From: a bacterium
GTDB taxonomy: Bacteria > Cyanobacteriota > Vampirovibrionia > Gastranaerophilales > Gastranaerophilaceae
Length of the DNA: 64,000 nucleotides
Assembly (NCBI GenBank): GCA_017478515.1
Contig: JAFVDH010000004.1
Location: forward strand, 172-64,171
Direction: 5' to 3'
The position numbers and the translations under genes were made by a program. This document shows, in pieces, positions 21,215-30,795 of this stretch (the first letter of the stretch is position 1; every line of letters starts with the position of its first letter). The notes beneath the pieces are model-generated. The model searched no databases, had not been told where the DNA came from, and saw only the letters and a program-made list of their open reading frames with translations.

Positions 21215-23215
21215 ATGAGCAAATATTTATTGGAAGTCGGCGTAGAAGAATTACCATATGTGATAATTCCTACATTTATAAGTCAGTTAGAAACAAGTTT
21301 TGAAAAACTCTTATCAACATCAAATATAAAATATGAAAACATAAATGTTATGGCAACTCCGAGAAGATTGGCTGTAATAATCGACGGTCTTGCCGAAAAA
21401 CAAAGCGATGAAGAAAAAGTTTTGAGAGGCCCTATAAAAAATGTTGCCTACGATGAAAACGGAAATTTGACAAAAGCAGGCGAAGGGTTTTTAAAGAAAA
21501 ACGGTCTTGAGTCAAAAGATGCATTTTTACAAGATAATTATCTACATGCTAAAGTTTTGATAAAAGGAAAATCCGCAGAAGAAGTTTTGAAAGAAAATGT
21601 TTCAAATCTTATTCTAAAACTTCAAGGTTCACACTTTATGCGTTGGGCTGACCATAGCGAAAAATTCTCAAGACCTATAAGATGGATTGTTTCTATTCTT
21701 GATAACAAACCTGTTGATGTTCAAATTATTGATGTTAAATCTTCAAATGTTACAAGAGGTCATAGATTTTCAGAACAAAATGTTGTTATAAACCACCCTG
21801 ATGAGTATGTTGAAAAGTTAAAAAATGCCCATGTTTACGTAAATCAAAATGAAAGAAAAGATTTAATTGTAAAATTGGCAAATGAAGAGGCTGAAAAAAT
21901 TGGTGCGGAAGTCTATTATACAGATGATTTGTTGGAAGAAGTTACATACCTTTGTGAATATCCAAAAGCTGTAGTATGTTACTTTGACGAAAAATATCTT
22001 GAACTTCCCGAAGAAGTGCCTATCACCGTAATGGCCCACCATCAAAGATATTTTGCCCTAAAAAAAGACGGCAGATTAACAAACCAATTTATAACGATAA
22101 CAAACTTTATCGGAGATGATTTTGAAAATATAAAAGCAGGAAATCTTCGTGTTGTAAGAGCAAGATTAGATGACGGTGTATTTTTCTTTAAAGAAGATTT
22201 GAAAAAACCTCTTGAAGCTTATGTGGACGGATTAAAAGGCATGACGTTCCAAAAAGGTTTGGGCACTGTTTATGATAAAACTCAAAGATTGGTAAAATTA
22301 TCAGAAAAAATTGCAAAAGAATTAAATGCCGATGTGGAAAAAGCAAAAAGATGTGCCCTATTATGTAAAGCAGATTTGGTGACAAGTTTGGTGTACGAAT
22401 TTACCGAACTTCAGGGCTATATCGGTGCTGATTATGCAAAGCATGCTAACGAAGATGAAGAGGTTTGTATCGGTATAAAGGAACACTATTTTCCTATAAA
22501 TGCTGATAGTGAACTTGCAAAAACAAAAACAGGTCAGGTTGTTGGTATAGCAGATAAATTGGATACTGTTTGTGCTGTATTCGCTGCCGGTAAAAAACCT
22601 ACAGGTTCATCTGACCCTCTTGGGGTAAGACGTGCGGCTTTGGGTATTATTAAAACAGTTATCGCTAATGATTTAAAACTAAATCTTGAAAATTTGATAG
22701 TCGATACAATTAAAGCTTTGCCTGTTCAAAGCGATTGTGCACAAGACGTTTATGAATTCTTTAATCAACGTTTGGCAATATATTTGGCAGATAATTACAA
22801 AAAAGATGCTATTGAAGCATGCCTTTGTGTAAAAAATCCTTTAAAAGATTTGACAGACTTTATGAATAGATTAAAAGCCGTATCTGAGCTTGATTCTAAA
22901 TCAGTTCTGGAAAGTGCAAACAGAGTTATAAGAATATTGAAAACTAACGTTGACGCTGATGTAAATAAAGATTTGTTTAAGGATGAGTCTGAAAGCATGC
23001 TTTATGAGCAAATCGGCAAAATTCAGTCAGGAAATATTTCGGATTATCAAAAATATATGTCTGAAATTACTGATTTGACACCGTATATAGAAAAATTCTT
23101 TGAAAATGTTCTTGTAATGGATAACGATGAAAAAGTTAAAAATAACAGATTGGCAATGCTTACTAAATTGAAAAATTTATATGAAAACATTGCTGACTTT
23201 AGTAAATTGCAATAA
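21215..23215 (+). CDS. glyS: Glycine--tRNA ligase beta subunit
   Basis: MSKYLLEVGVEELP N-terminus, ATPRRLAV, and length of 666 aa. No glyQ upstream in this window. Confidence 0.95.
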   Translation: MSKYLLEVGVEELPYVIIPTFISQLETSFEKLLSTSNIKYENINVMATPRRLAVIIDGLAEKQSDEEKVLRGPIKNVAYDENGNLTKAGEGFLKKNGLESKDAFLQDNYLHAKVLIKGKSAEEVLKENVSNLILKLQGSHFMRWADHSEKFSRPIRWIVSILDNKPVDVQIIDVKSSNVTRGHRFSEQNVVINHPDEYVEKLKNAHVYVNQNERKDLIVKLANEEAEKIGAEVYYTDDLLEEVTYLCEYPKAVVCYFDEKYLELPEEVPITVMAHHQRYFALKKDGRLTNQFITITNFIGDDFENIKAGNLRVVRARLDDGVFFFKEDLKKPLEAYVDGLKGMTFQKGLGTVYDKTQRLVKLSEKIAKELNADVEKAKRCALLCKADLVTSLVYEFTELQGYIGADYAKHANEDEEVCIGIKEHYFPINADSELAKTKTGQVVGIADKLDTVCAVFAAGKKPTGSSDPLGVRRAALGIIKTVIANDLKLNLENLIVDTIKALPVQSDCAQDVYEFFNQRLAIYLADNYKKDAIEACLCVKNPLKDLTDFMNRLKAVSELDSKSVLESANRVIRILKTNVDADVNKDLFKDESESMLYEQIGKIQSGNISDYQKYMSEITDLTPYIEKFFENVLVMDNDEKVKNNRLAMLTKLKNLYENIADFSKLQ

Positions 23216-23234
23216 ATTTGAAAAATGAAAAACC

Positions 23235-23263
23235 TTGAAAATACTGCGTTTGTGGTGTATAAT
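23235..23263 (+). promoter_or_regulatory. Sigma-70-type promoter TTGAAA-N17-TATAAT with TG extension
   Basis: TTGAAA 23235-23240, 17-nt spacer, TATAAT 23258-23263. About 110 nt upstream of the 23376 ORF. Confidence 0.6.
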
Positions 23264-23375
23264 GTTAACAATTGTAAACAAAATTCCAAAAAGAGTAAAT
23301 TATTTTTTTCAGGACGCTTTAACATAACATAAGAAACAAAACAAAGGTTAGTAAATTAATATAAAGGTAGGAAAA

Positions 23376-23672
23376 ATGAACAATAGAAAATTTAAAATCC
23401 AAGAACAAAAACAAACAAACGTAAGATCACAATTCTTAAATTATGTTCAAGGACAAAATAAAACAAGTGAAGAATATATAGGAATGATAACCTCAGATGC
23501 GGGTTATAGACAAGAATCTGGCATAACTAAGCTTGAAGCGATGGTCAGAGCACAATTAAAACGTGAAATTCCCAATGTTGAAAAATCAGCTTCTTATGAA
23601 TTTCTAGTTGATGCAGTAATGCAAAATTATATGAAAAAACAACTTCAAGCAACAGATGGCGAAATAGCTTAA
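23376..23672 (+). CDS. Hypothetical 98-aa protein
   Basis: ORF with a GGTAGGA RBS, a strong promoter upstream and terminator hairpins downstream. Confidence 0.5.
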   Translation: MNNRKFKIQEQKQTNVRSQFLNYVQGQNKTSEEYIGMITSDAGYRQESGITKLEAMVRAQLKREIPNVEKSASYEFLVDAVMQNYMKKQLQATDGEIA

Positions 23673-23755
23673 GACTGAAGGAAGGTAAAAAGCAAGAATC
23701 GTCACCACGATTGGTAGGGGGTCTTTTAAATTCAAAAAAGACTTAAACAAAATCA

Positions 23756-23800
23756 AAAAGAATGGTTTTTATATGGAAGATATGAAGACCATTTTTTTTT
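23756..23800 (+). terminator. Rho-independent terminator
   Basis: aatggt...accatt stem followed by T9. A second small hairpin lies at 23721-23742. Confidence 0.6.
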
Positions 23801-23953
23801 GATAAATATCATGTTAAAAAAAGTTGTTATAATTTTAGTTATAATAAGAAAATAATTGTTTTTGATATTGTTTTATATTTTTGTTTGAATTTAAAAATTT
23901 TTTTAAAATATGTGATATTTATAAAAGATAAAATTTTAAAGAAAGGATAGGTC

Positions 23954-24196
23954 ATGACAACAATAGTAGGATTAAAAATAAATAACAAGCAAGAAAATGC
24001 ATTAAAAGTCCAACAAATACTTACAGAAAATGGATGTAAAATAAAAACCAGAATAGGTTTAAATGTTGTAGAAAATAATGAATGCTCACCATCAGGATTG
24101 ATTTTGCTGGAAATAGTTGATGAGAAAGAGGCTGAGAAAATAGTTGAAATGTTGAGCAAACTTAACGAAATTGAAATACAACAGATGAAATTTTAA
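23954..24196 (+). CDS. TM1266-like small ACT/NikR-C-like protein (putative iron-only hydrogenase system regulator family)
   Basis: 80 aa. The pattern I.GL.I..R....KV..IL...GC.I..R.GL........GLILLE..GD resembles the TIGR03959/TM1266 family as I recall it. Confidence 0.5.
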   Translation: MTTIVGLKINNKQENALKVQQILTENGCKIKTRIGLNVVENNECSPSGLILLEIVDEKEAEKIVEMLSKLNEIEIQQMKF

Positions 24197-24204
24197 AATA
24201 AGTA

Positions 24205-24233
24205 TTGCAAAAAAATATATCTTCTTATATAAT
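24205..24233 (+). promoter_or_regulatory. Near-consensus sigma-70 promoter TTGCAA-N17-TATAAT
   Basis: TTGCAA 24205-24210, 17-nt spacer, TATAAT 24228-24233. The only downstream gene on this strand before a terminator is tRNA-Asp. Confidence 0.65.
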
Positions 24234-24361
24234 AAATTTGTAGGCAGGACGGGATGCTCCCAAAAGGAGAAAAAGCCCTCTTGCCGAAACCAATTGAGTC
24301 GGTAAAACCGAAAGTATAAAATGTTTATCGGTGAATTATTGGTAGAATTTAATAATAAAGT

Positions 24362-24379
24362 GGAATTGTAGCTCAGTTT
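24362..24379 (+). repeat. Direct partial copy of the tRNA-Asp 5' end (17/18 nt)
   Basis: ggaattgtagctcagttt vs gggattgtagctcagttt at 24463-24480. Confidence 0.8.
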
Positions 24380-24425
24380 CCCAGCAAATCTTTAACAAAA
24401 TTAAAGTTTGCGAAAGTTAGATTTT

Positions 24426-24439
24426 CTAACCAAACTGAG
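24426..24439 (-). repeat. Inverted perfect 14-nt copy of the tRNA-Asp D-arm segment
   Basis: ctaaccaaactgag is the reverse complement of ctcagtttggttag at 24473-24486. Confidence 0.8.
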
Positions 24440-24462
24440 TAGATAAAATTAAATAGTAATAT

Positions 24463-24540
24463 GGGATTGTAGCTCAGTTTGGTTAGAGTGTCTGCCTGTC
24501 ACGCAGAAGGTCGCGAGTTCGAGCCTCGTCAGTCCCGCCA
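24463..24540 (+). tRNA. tRNA-Asp (GTC), CCA encoded
   Basis: Cloverleaf read by eye: acceptor gggattg/cagtccc, anticodon loop cctGTCac, T-loop gttcgag, 3' gcca. Confidence 0.9.
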
Positions 24541-24550
24541 TTTACAAAAA

Positions 24551-24577
24551 AAGCCCGTTAGTCGGGCTTATTTATTA
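24551..24577 (+). terminator. Rho-independent terminator after tRNA-Asp
   Basis: aagcccg-ttagt-cgggctt followed by a T-rich run. Confidence 0.7.
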
Positions 24578-24585
24578 GGAGAAAA

Positions 24586-25332
24586 ATGTATAATAATCGC
24601 ATTAAAGATAATGATGAATATAAAGCTAAAATTGACAGCTATCGTCCGTTAGATAAAGATATCATTAAGCAAATTCAAGAATATTACAGAATTGGTTTAA
24701 CATATTCTTCTAATGCGTTAGAGGGTAATACCCTTGATTTAGCAGAAACAAAAGTTGTATTGGAAGATGGTTTAACCATTAACGGTAAACCTATGAAAGA
24801 CCATCTTGAAACACTTGGACATTCTGATGCGTTTTATGAACTTTTAAATCTTGCAAAAGCGGATATAATTACAGAAGATAATATTAAATATATACATAAA
24901 CTTTTTTATAAACGTATTGACGAAGAAAATGCAGGTCAATATAGAAAAAAGAATATCATTGTTACTGGTTCTGATATTGAATTTCCAAAGCCTGAATTTT
25001 TGAAAGATAAAATGGCAGAGTTTACTCAAAGTATTCCCAATATGAAAGCAAATTTTCATCCTATTGAATTTTCGGCAATGTTACACGCAAGGTTTGTAAA
25101 TATTCACCCTTTTATTGATGGTAACGGCAGAGTTGCACGTTTATTGATGAATTTAGCCCTACTACAAGCAGGATATAATATAACAATTATCCCACCTGTT
25201 GTAAGAGCAGATTATATAAGATCAATTCAGGAAACCAATCATGACAAATTTACACCATTTATTAATTTTATTTCAGAAATGGTATTAGAATCTCAAAAAG
25301 AATATTTGAGGATTATTGAGAGATTGAAATAA
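24586..25332 (+). CDS. Fic family protein (AMPylase-type), class II with N-terminal inhibitory helix
   Basis: HPFIDGNGRVARLLMN active-site motif. SNALEG matches the (S/T)xxxE(G/N) inhibitory motif N-terminal of the core. Confidence 0.9.
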   Translation: MYNNRIKDNDEYKAKIDSYRPLDKDIIKQIQEYYRIGLTYSSNALEGNTLDLAETKVVLEDGLTINGKPMKDHLETLGHSDAFYELLNLAKADIITEDNIKYIHKLFYKRIDEENAGQYRKKNIIVTGSDIEFPKPEFLKDKMAEFTQSIPNMKANFHPIEFSAMLHARFVNIHPFIDGNGRVARLLMNLALLQAGYNITIIPPVVRADYIRSIQETNHDKFTPFINFISEMVLESQKEYLRIIERLK

Positions 25333-25885
25333 CATTTACGCTACCATATCAAGTGAAGATGTGAGATAGCATATTTTTCGAACAGTAGGGGTATCGTTTA
25401 GATGTTCGTAATATTTTTTTTTAAGTTCGAACCTTGCAATGTCAACCCTGCCATTTATAAAAAATTGTGGAATAAAGAGGTGAAAACTCGTCGTAGGTTG
25501 TTTAAACCTGCCAAAGTTCGAGCGGGGAGAGAGCAGAGTGCGAAGTGCTTTTGTGATAAGAATGAAATTCTTTGAAGCAAAACAAAAACATGTAGACACA
25601 TTTAATGCTAGCAACCCAGGACAGCATTGCCAATCCAGCTATTTGAAAACGTATGATTAAAAAGTTATCTTTTTTTTTGTTTAAAATATAAAATCAAGTG
25701 ATGTAAACATTCTTTGTTGTTAGTTTTTCCCTGTTATTTTTCGTGGTACTCCTGTTTTTGAACTGAAATCCCATAACTGAACAAAATAAAAAAGTAGGTT
25801 TTAGGGTTTTAATGAATTTTTATGCAGATTTATTTATTATTTTTATTTAATCTGTTTTTATTTGTAAACTTTATACTAAAATTCA

Positions 25886-25913
25886 TTGACTTGCAGTTCA
25901 ATTTTTGTAAAAT
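25886..25913 (+). promoter_or_regulatory. Sigma-70-type promoter TTGACT-N16-TAAAAT upstream of the TetR gene
   Basis: TTGACT 25886-25891, TAAAAT 25908-25913, then AGGAG at 25921. Confidence 0.55.
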
Positions 25914-25932
25914 AGTTATAAGGAGTTTAGTT

Positions 25933-26535
25933 ATGACTAAAAGAAAAGAGCAGGCTCTAAAAACTCGTCAAAAAATTTTAGATGCTGCTTACGACTTGTT
26001 GTCAAAAAATGAATTTGATAATTTAAATATTGACGATATTACCAACGCTTGCGGAGTTGCAAAAGGTACTTTTTATACGTATTTTAATCATAAAGAGGAT
26101 GTTGTTTTTGAGATTTGTCGTCCGTTTTTTGCTCAGATTGAAAACCGCATGCAAAAGATGAAAAACAAAAATATTATTGAGCGTCTTTGCTATTATTTTG
26201 ACGAGTTTATGAAAGAAGTTCAAAGATATGGTGTGAACATAACCAGAGCATGGTTTAAGGGGGTTATTGACCCTAATAAAGCTCCGGAAAATTATGATTC
26301 TAAGAAATGGCAATATGATGTTAACATGCTTCAAAATATTTTAAATACGGCTGTTCATAACAGAGAATTACGGGAAGACACTCCTGTTGAATTATTGACA
26401 CATCTTATTATTACCCAATTATATGGGATGATGACTGTATGGTGCATGTCTGATTGTGAATTTGACCCTAAATTTTGGACTAAAACTTTTTCGCAAATTC
26501 AATTAAATGCAATTTTAAAAAATTATTTAGTGTAA
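25933..26535 (+). CDS. TetR/AcrR family transcriptional regulator
   Basis: ILDAAYDLL..NIDDITNACGVAKGTFYTYF HTH. Start moved to the ATG at 25933, which has an AGGAG RBS. The upstream 37 codons are AT-rich junk. Confidence 0.85.
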   Translation: MTKRKEQALKTRQKILDAAYDLLSKNEFDNLNIDDITNACGVAKGTFYTYFNHKEDVVFEICRPFFAQIENRMQKMKNKNIIERLCYYFDEFMKEVQRYGVNITRAWFKGVIDPNKAPENYDSKKWQYDVNMLQNILNTAVHNRELREDTPVELLTHLIITQLYGMMTVWCMSDCEFDPKFWTKTFSQIQLNAILKNYLV

Positions 26536-26548
26536 AGGAGAATAAAAA

Positions 26549-28390
26549 ATGAAAAAGAAAATATTTTGTTCGTTTATTATGGCAGTTAGTATCGGTTGTG
26601 GGTGTGCATTTGCTAATCCTGATTATTTAAATTCGGATTATCAGTTAAAAGTTTTGCAGAAAGTTAATTCTCCAAAGGATTTGAAAAAGTTAAATAAATC
26701 TCAGTTGGATTTACTTGCCGATGATTTGAGATACGGAATTATAAACAGAGCAAACACTTTAGGCGGACATTTAGGGCCTGATTTAGGTTTTGTTGAACCT
26801 ACAATTGCCTTGCATTATGTGTTTAATTCACCAAAAGATAAAATTGTTTTTGATGTTTCTCACCAGATTTATCCTCACAAAATGTTGACAGGCCGTAAAA
26901 GCGGTTTTTTAAATCCTATTAATACAAAAATTTCGGGCTATTCAAATCAGGATGAAAGTGAGCATGATTATTTTAAAGTAGGTCATACTTCCACATCTTT
27001 GGCTCTTGCATCAGGTATGGCAAAGGCCAGAGATTTAAAGGGTGAAAAATATAATGTTGTCGCTGTTATCGGTGATGGTTCTTTATCAGGTGGAGAGGCT
27101 CTTGAGGGATTAAGCAATGCCGCTGTTTTGGATAGTAATTTTATTATTATTGTAAACGATAATGAAATGGCTATTGCTGAAAATCATGGCGGTCTTTATA
27201 CCGCTTTGAAAACATTAAGAGAAACTAACGGACATGCTGAAAATAATATGTTTAAGGCAATGGGTTTTGAATATTATTATCTTGAAAACGGCAATAGTAC
27301 TCAGGATTTGATTAAACTGTTTTCTAAAGTTAAAGATACGAAAAAGCCTACGGTTCTTCATATTCATACCTTAAAGGGTAAAGGTTATACTCCTGCAGAA
27401 GAAAACAAAGAAGTTTTCCACTATAGAGTTCCCGGTTTTATGAATGCCAAGTGTGCAACTGTTCCTGAAAATTACAATACTATAACTGCTAAATATTTAG
27501 TAGAAAAACAAAAGAAAGATAAGAAAATTCTTGCGGTAACCCCTGCTGTTCCGATGGCGTTAGGTTTAAGTGCTGATTTAAGAGAAAAACTTGGAAAAAA
27601 TTATGTTGATGTAGGTATAGCAGAGCAATTTGCAGTTGGTTTTGTGTCGGGGGCTGCACAGAATGGTGCTAAACCTGTATTGGGAATTATGAGTTCATTT
27701 GTTCAAAGAGCTTACGACCAGTTGTCTCAGGATTTGGCACTAAATAACAATCCTGCTGTGGTACTTGTTTTCAGCGGCGGAATTACAGGGGCTGATATGA
27801 CCCACTTAAGTGTTTTTGATATTCCTTTAATTAGTAATATTCCTAACATAGTCTACCTTGCTCCTGCTTCAAAAGAAGAATATATTGCAATGCTTGATTG
27901 GGCTGTTGAACAAAAAGACCATCCTGTAGCTATAAGAGTTCCTATGGGAAAAGTCGTTTATAGCGGTAAAAAAGATAAAACCAATTATTCAAAAATTAAT
28001 AAGTTTAAAGTAGAAGAAAATGGGTCAGACATTGCAATTATTGCTGTTGGAGACTTTTTGAAATTAGGTAAAAATGTCAAAAAAGAAATCCATGATAAAT
28101 TAGGCATCAATGCTACGTTGATTAACCCTATATACTTAACAGGTATTGATGAAAAACTTTTGAATGATTTGAAACAAAACCATAATATTGTCATTACCCT
28201 TGAAAGCGGTGTACTGGACGGTGGTTTTGGAGAAAAAATTACAAGATTTTACGGAAGTTCTGATATGAAAGTTTTAAACTACGGTGCTAAAAAAGAATTT
28301 ACTGACAGAGTTCCTTTAGCTGAACTTTATGCAAAGTATCATTTAACTCCAGAGCTTATCTTAAAAGATATACAGGATATTAATAAATAA
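26549..28390 (+). CDS. DXS-like thiamine-diphosphate enzyme (1-deoxy-D-xylulose-5-phosphate synthase/transketolase family paralogue) with a signal/lipoprotein-like N-terminus
   Basis: SPKDLKKL..LDLLADDLR..GGHLGPDLGFVEPTIALHYVF..DVSHQIYPHKMLTGR, GDGSLSGG and the transketolase C-terminal half. N-terminus is MKKKIFCSFIMAVSIGCGCAFA. Confidence 0.75.
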   Translation: MKKKIFCSFIMAVSIGCGCAFANPDYLNSDYQLKVLQKVNSPKDLKKLNKSQLDLLADDLRYGIINRANTLGGHLGPDLGFVEPTIALHYVFNSPKDKIVFDVSHQIYPHKMLTGRKSGFLNPINTKISGYSNQDESEHDYFKVGHTSTSLALASGMAKARDLKGEKYNVVAVIGDGSLSGGEALEGLSNAAVLDSNFIIIVNDNEMAIAENHGGLYTALKTLRETNGHAENNMFKAMGFEYYYLENGNSTQDLIKLFSKVKDTKKPTVLHIHTLKGKGYTPAEENKEVFHYRVPGFMNAKCATVPENYNTITAKYLVEKQKKDKKILAVTPAVPMALGLSADLREKLGKNYVDVGIAEQFAVGFVSGAAQNGAKPVLGIMSSFVQRAYDQLSQDLALNNNPAVVLVFSGGITGADMTHLSVFDIPLISNIPNIVYLAPASKEEYIAMLDWAVEQKDHPVAIRVPMGKVVYSGKKDKTNYSKINKFKVEENGSDIAIIAVGDFLKLGKNVKKEIHDKLGINATLINPIYLTGIDEKLLNDLKQNHNIVITLESGVLDGGFGEKITRFYGSSDMKVLNYGAKKEFTDRVPLAELYAKYHLTPELILKDIQDINK

Positions 28391-28418
28391 AGTGTTATTT
28401 AATAAGAAAACTAAGTAA

Positions 28419-29411
<993 letters not shown>

Positions 29412-29412
29412 T

Positions 29413-30453
29413 ATGAAAAATGTATTTTTATTAATAATTTTAGTCAGTTTATTATTTATAACGGGGAATAAAACAATGGCAAAAGAAAATTTGGCACAAA
29501 AAGCCTTAACCCAAAAACAGCAAAATATAGTTATGATATCGTCGTATACTGCTGCGGGTGATTTGAGTAATTTGGAAAAATCGATTAAAAAAGGTCTCGA
29601 TGAGGGATTAACAGTTAATGAAGTTAAGGAAATTCTTGTTCAAATGTACGCATATTGCGGTTTTCCAAGAAGTCTTAACGGTCTTTCAACTCTTTTGAAA
29701 GTTACAAAGTCAGGTAAATATAAAGAGGGTGCAGCAGGTAAAGCTTTATCAAAAGATGTTGATAAAAATGAGATTGGAACAAAGGTTCAAACTGAGCTTG
29801 CAGGTCTGCCGGTTAAGGGTGAACTTTTTGAATTTGCTCCTGCGATAGATGATTATTTAAAAGAGCATTTATTTGGTGATATTTTTGCAAGGGGTGTTCT
29901 TACAAATCAAGAAAGAGAAATTGCAACGATAGCAGCATTATCTTCTATAGATGGTGTAGAACCTCAACTTAAGGCTCATATATCAATCGGTAAAAACACC
30001 GGTTTGACCGATAAACAAATAAGCGGAATTTTGATTTTGACATCTCGTCCAAAAACGGAAGTATTCGGATTAGGAGAGCCTAATGTTAATTATGCAAAAT
30101 ATTTTAAAGGGAATTCTTATTTGAACTTGCTTACCAAAGAGCAGGTCGTGACAGCGAATGTAACTTTTGAACCAAAATGCAGAAATAATTGGCACATTCA
30201 CCATGGAGTAAACGGCAAAGGCGGACAAATTCTTCTGGTAACCGGCGGTAACGGTTATTATCAGGAATGGGGCAAGGAAGCACAGGCTCTTAAAAAAGGT
30301 GATATTGTAAATATTCCTCCTGAGGTAAAGCATTGGCATGGTGCATCAAAAGACAGCTGGTTTTCTCATGTTGCGATAGAAGTTCCGAGTGACGGCGGTT
30401 CGACAGAATGGCTTGAGGAAGTTAGTGACGAAGAATATGACAAATTAAAATAA
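29413..30453 (+). CDS. Carboxymuconolactone decarboxylase (AhpD-like) domains fused to a cupin domain, with N-terminal signal/anchor
   Basis: MYAYCGFPRSLNG and REIATIAAL..QLKAHI CMD motifs. C-terminal cupin NWHIHH..HWHGA. Hydrophobic N-terminus. Confidence 0.7.
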   Translation: MKNVFLLIILVSLLFITGNKTMAKENLAQKALTQKQQNIVMISSYTAAGDLSNLEKSIKKGLDEGLTVNEVKEILVQMYAYCGFPRSLNGLSTLLKVTKSGKYKEGAAGKALSKDVDKNEIGTKVQTELAGLPVKGELFEFAPAIDDYLKEHLFGDIFARGVLTNQEREIATIAALSSIDGVEPQLKAHISIGKNTGLTDKQISGILILTSRPKTEVFGLGEPNVNYAKYFKGNSYLNLLTKEQVVTANVTFEPKCRNNWHIHHGVNGKGGQILLVTGGNGYYQEWGKEAQALKKGDIVNIPPEVKHWHGASKDSWFSHVAIEVPSDGGSTEWLEEVSDEEYDKLK

Positions 30454-30466
30454 AAGGATATTTACA

Positions 30467-30781
30467 ATGAAAAAATGTAAAATAACAGTATTAAAAAGAA
30501 ACTTTGATGAAGAACTCGCTAAAGAATATGGGGTTGATGGGCTTACGCCTTGTCCTATGCTCAAGGAGGGACAGGTATTCTACGCTGATTGGGAATGCCC
30601 GCAAGGGTTTTGTAATGAGGCTTGGAAAGCTATTTATCAATACGTTTTTACACTTGCTCATGGCGGTGCTGTTAATGAACTTTTTTATTACGGTGATTGG
30701 ATTAAAAAACCGGGTGTTGCAATTTGTTCGTGTAATGACGGTTTAAGACCTGTTATATTTAAAATCGAGGCAGAAAATTAA
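30467..30781 (+). CDS. TIGR04076 family small Cys-rich protein
   Basis: KITVLKRNF..PCPMLKEGQVF..CPQGFCNEAW..CSCNDGLRPVIFKIE matches my recollection of this family. Confidence 0.65.
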   Translation: MKKCKITVLKRNFDEELAKEYGVDGLTPCPMLKEGQVFYADWECPQGFCNEAWKAIYQYVFTLAHGGAVNELFYYGDWIKKPGVAICSCNDGLRPVIFKIEAEN

Positions 30782-30795
30782 TTAAAGGAGTTATT

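Larger units (their letters stand above)
24240..24462 (+). other. Unusually long (~220 nt) structured leader or unassigned small RNA upstream of tRNA-Asp
   Basis: Lies between the promoter and the tRNA and has no ORF. Mutually exclusive short helices are possible (ggga/tccc vs ctcc/ggag; ccga/tcgg, tcggt/accga, accga/tcggt). Contains partial tRNA copies. Confidence 0.4.

Noticed and set aside
24316-24343. Sigma-28-like match on the minus strand (TAAATTCT-N11-ACCGATAA, approximate coordinates) inside the tRNA-Asp leader.
   Set aside because: There is no gene downstream on that strand. It illustrates that TAAA-N-CCGATAA-like matches occur by chance in this AT-rich DNA, which is why the promoter calls carry low confidence.
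25336-25614. Listed minus-strand ORF of 92 aa. I also checked this gap for tmRNA, RNase P, SRP or 6S RNA.
   Set aside because: The ORF lacks an RBS and any family resemblance. ggggtatcgtttagatgttcg superficially recalls a tmRNA 5' end, but there is no GGAUUCGAC core, no tag ORF and no 3' T-arm/ACCA. No RNase P CR-I/CR-V or SRP helix-8 motifs were seen.
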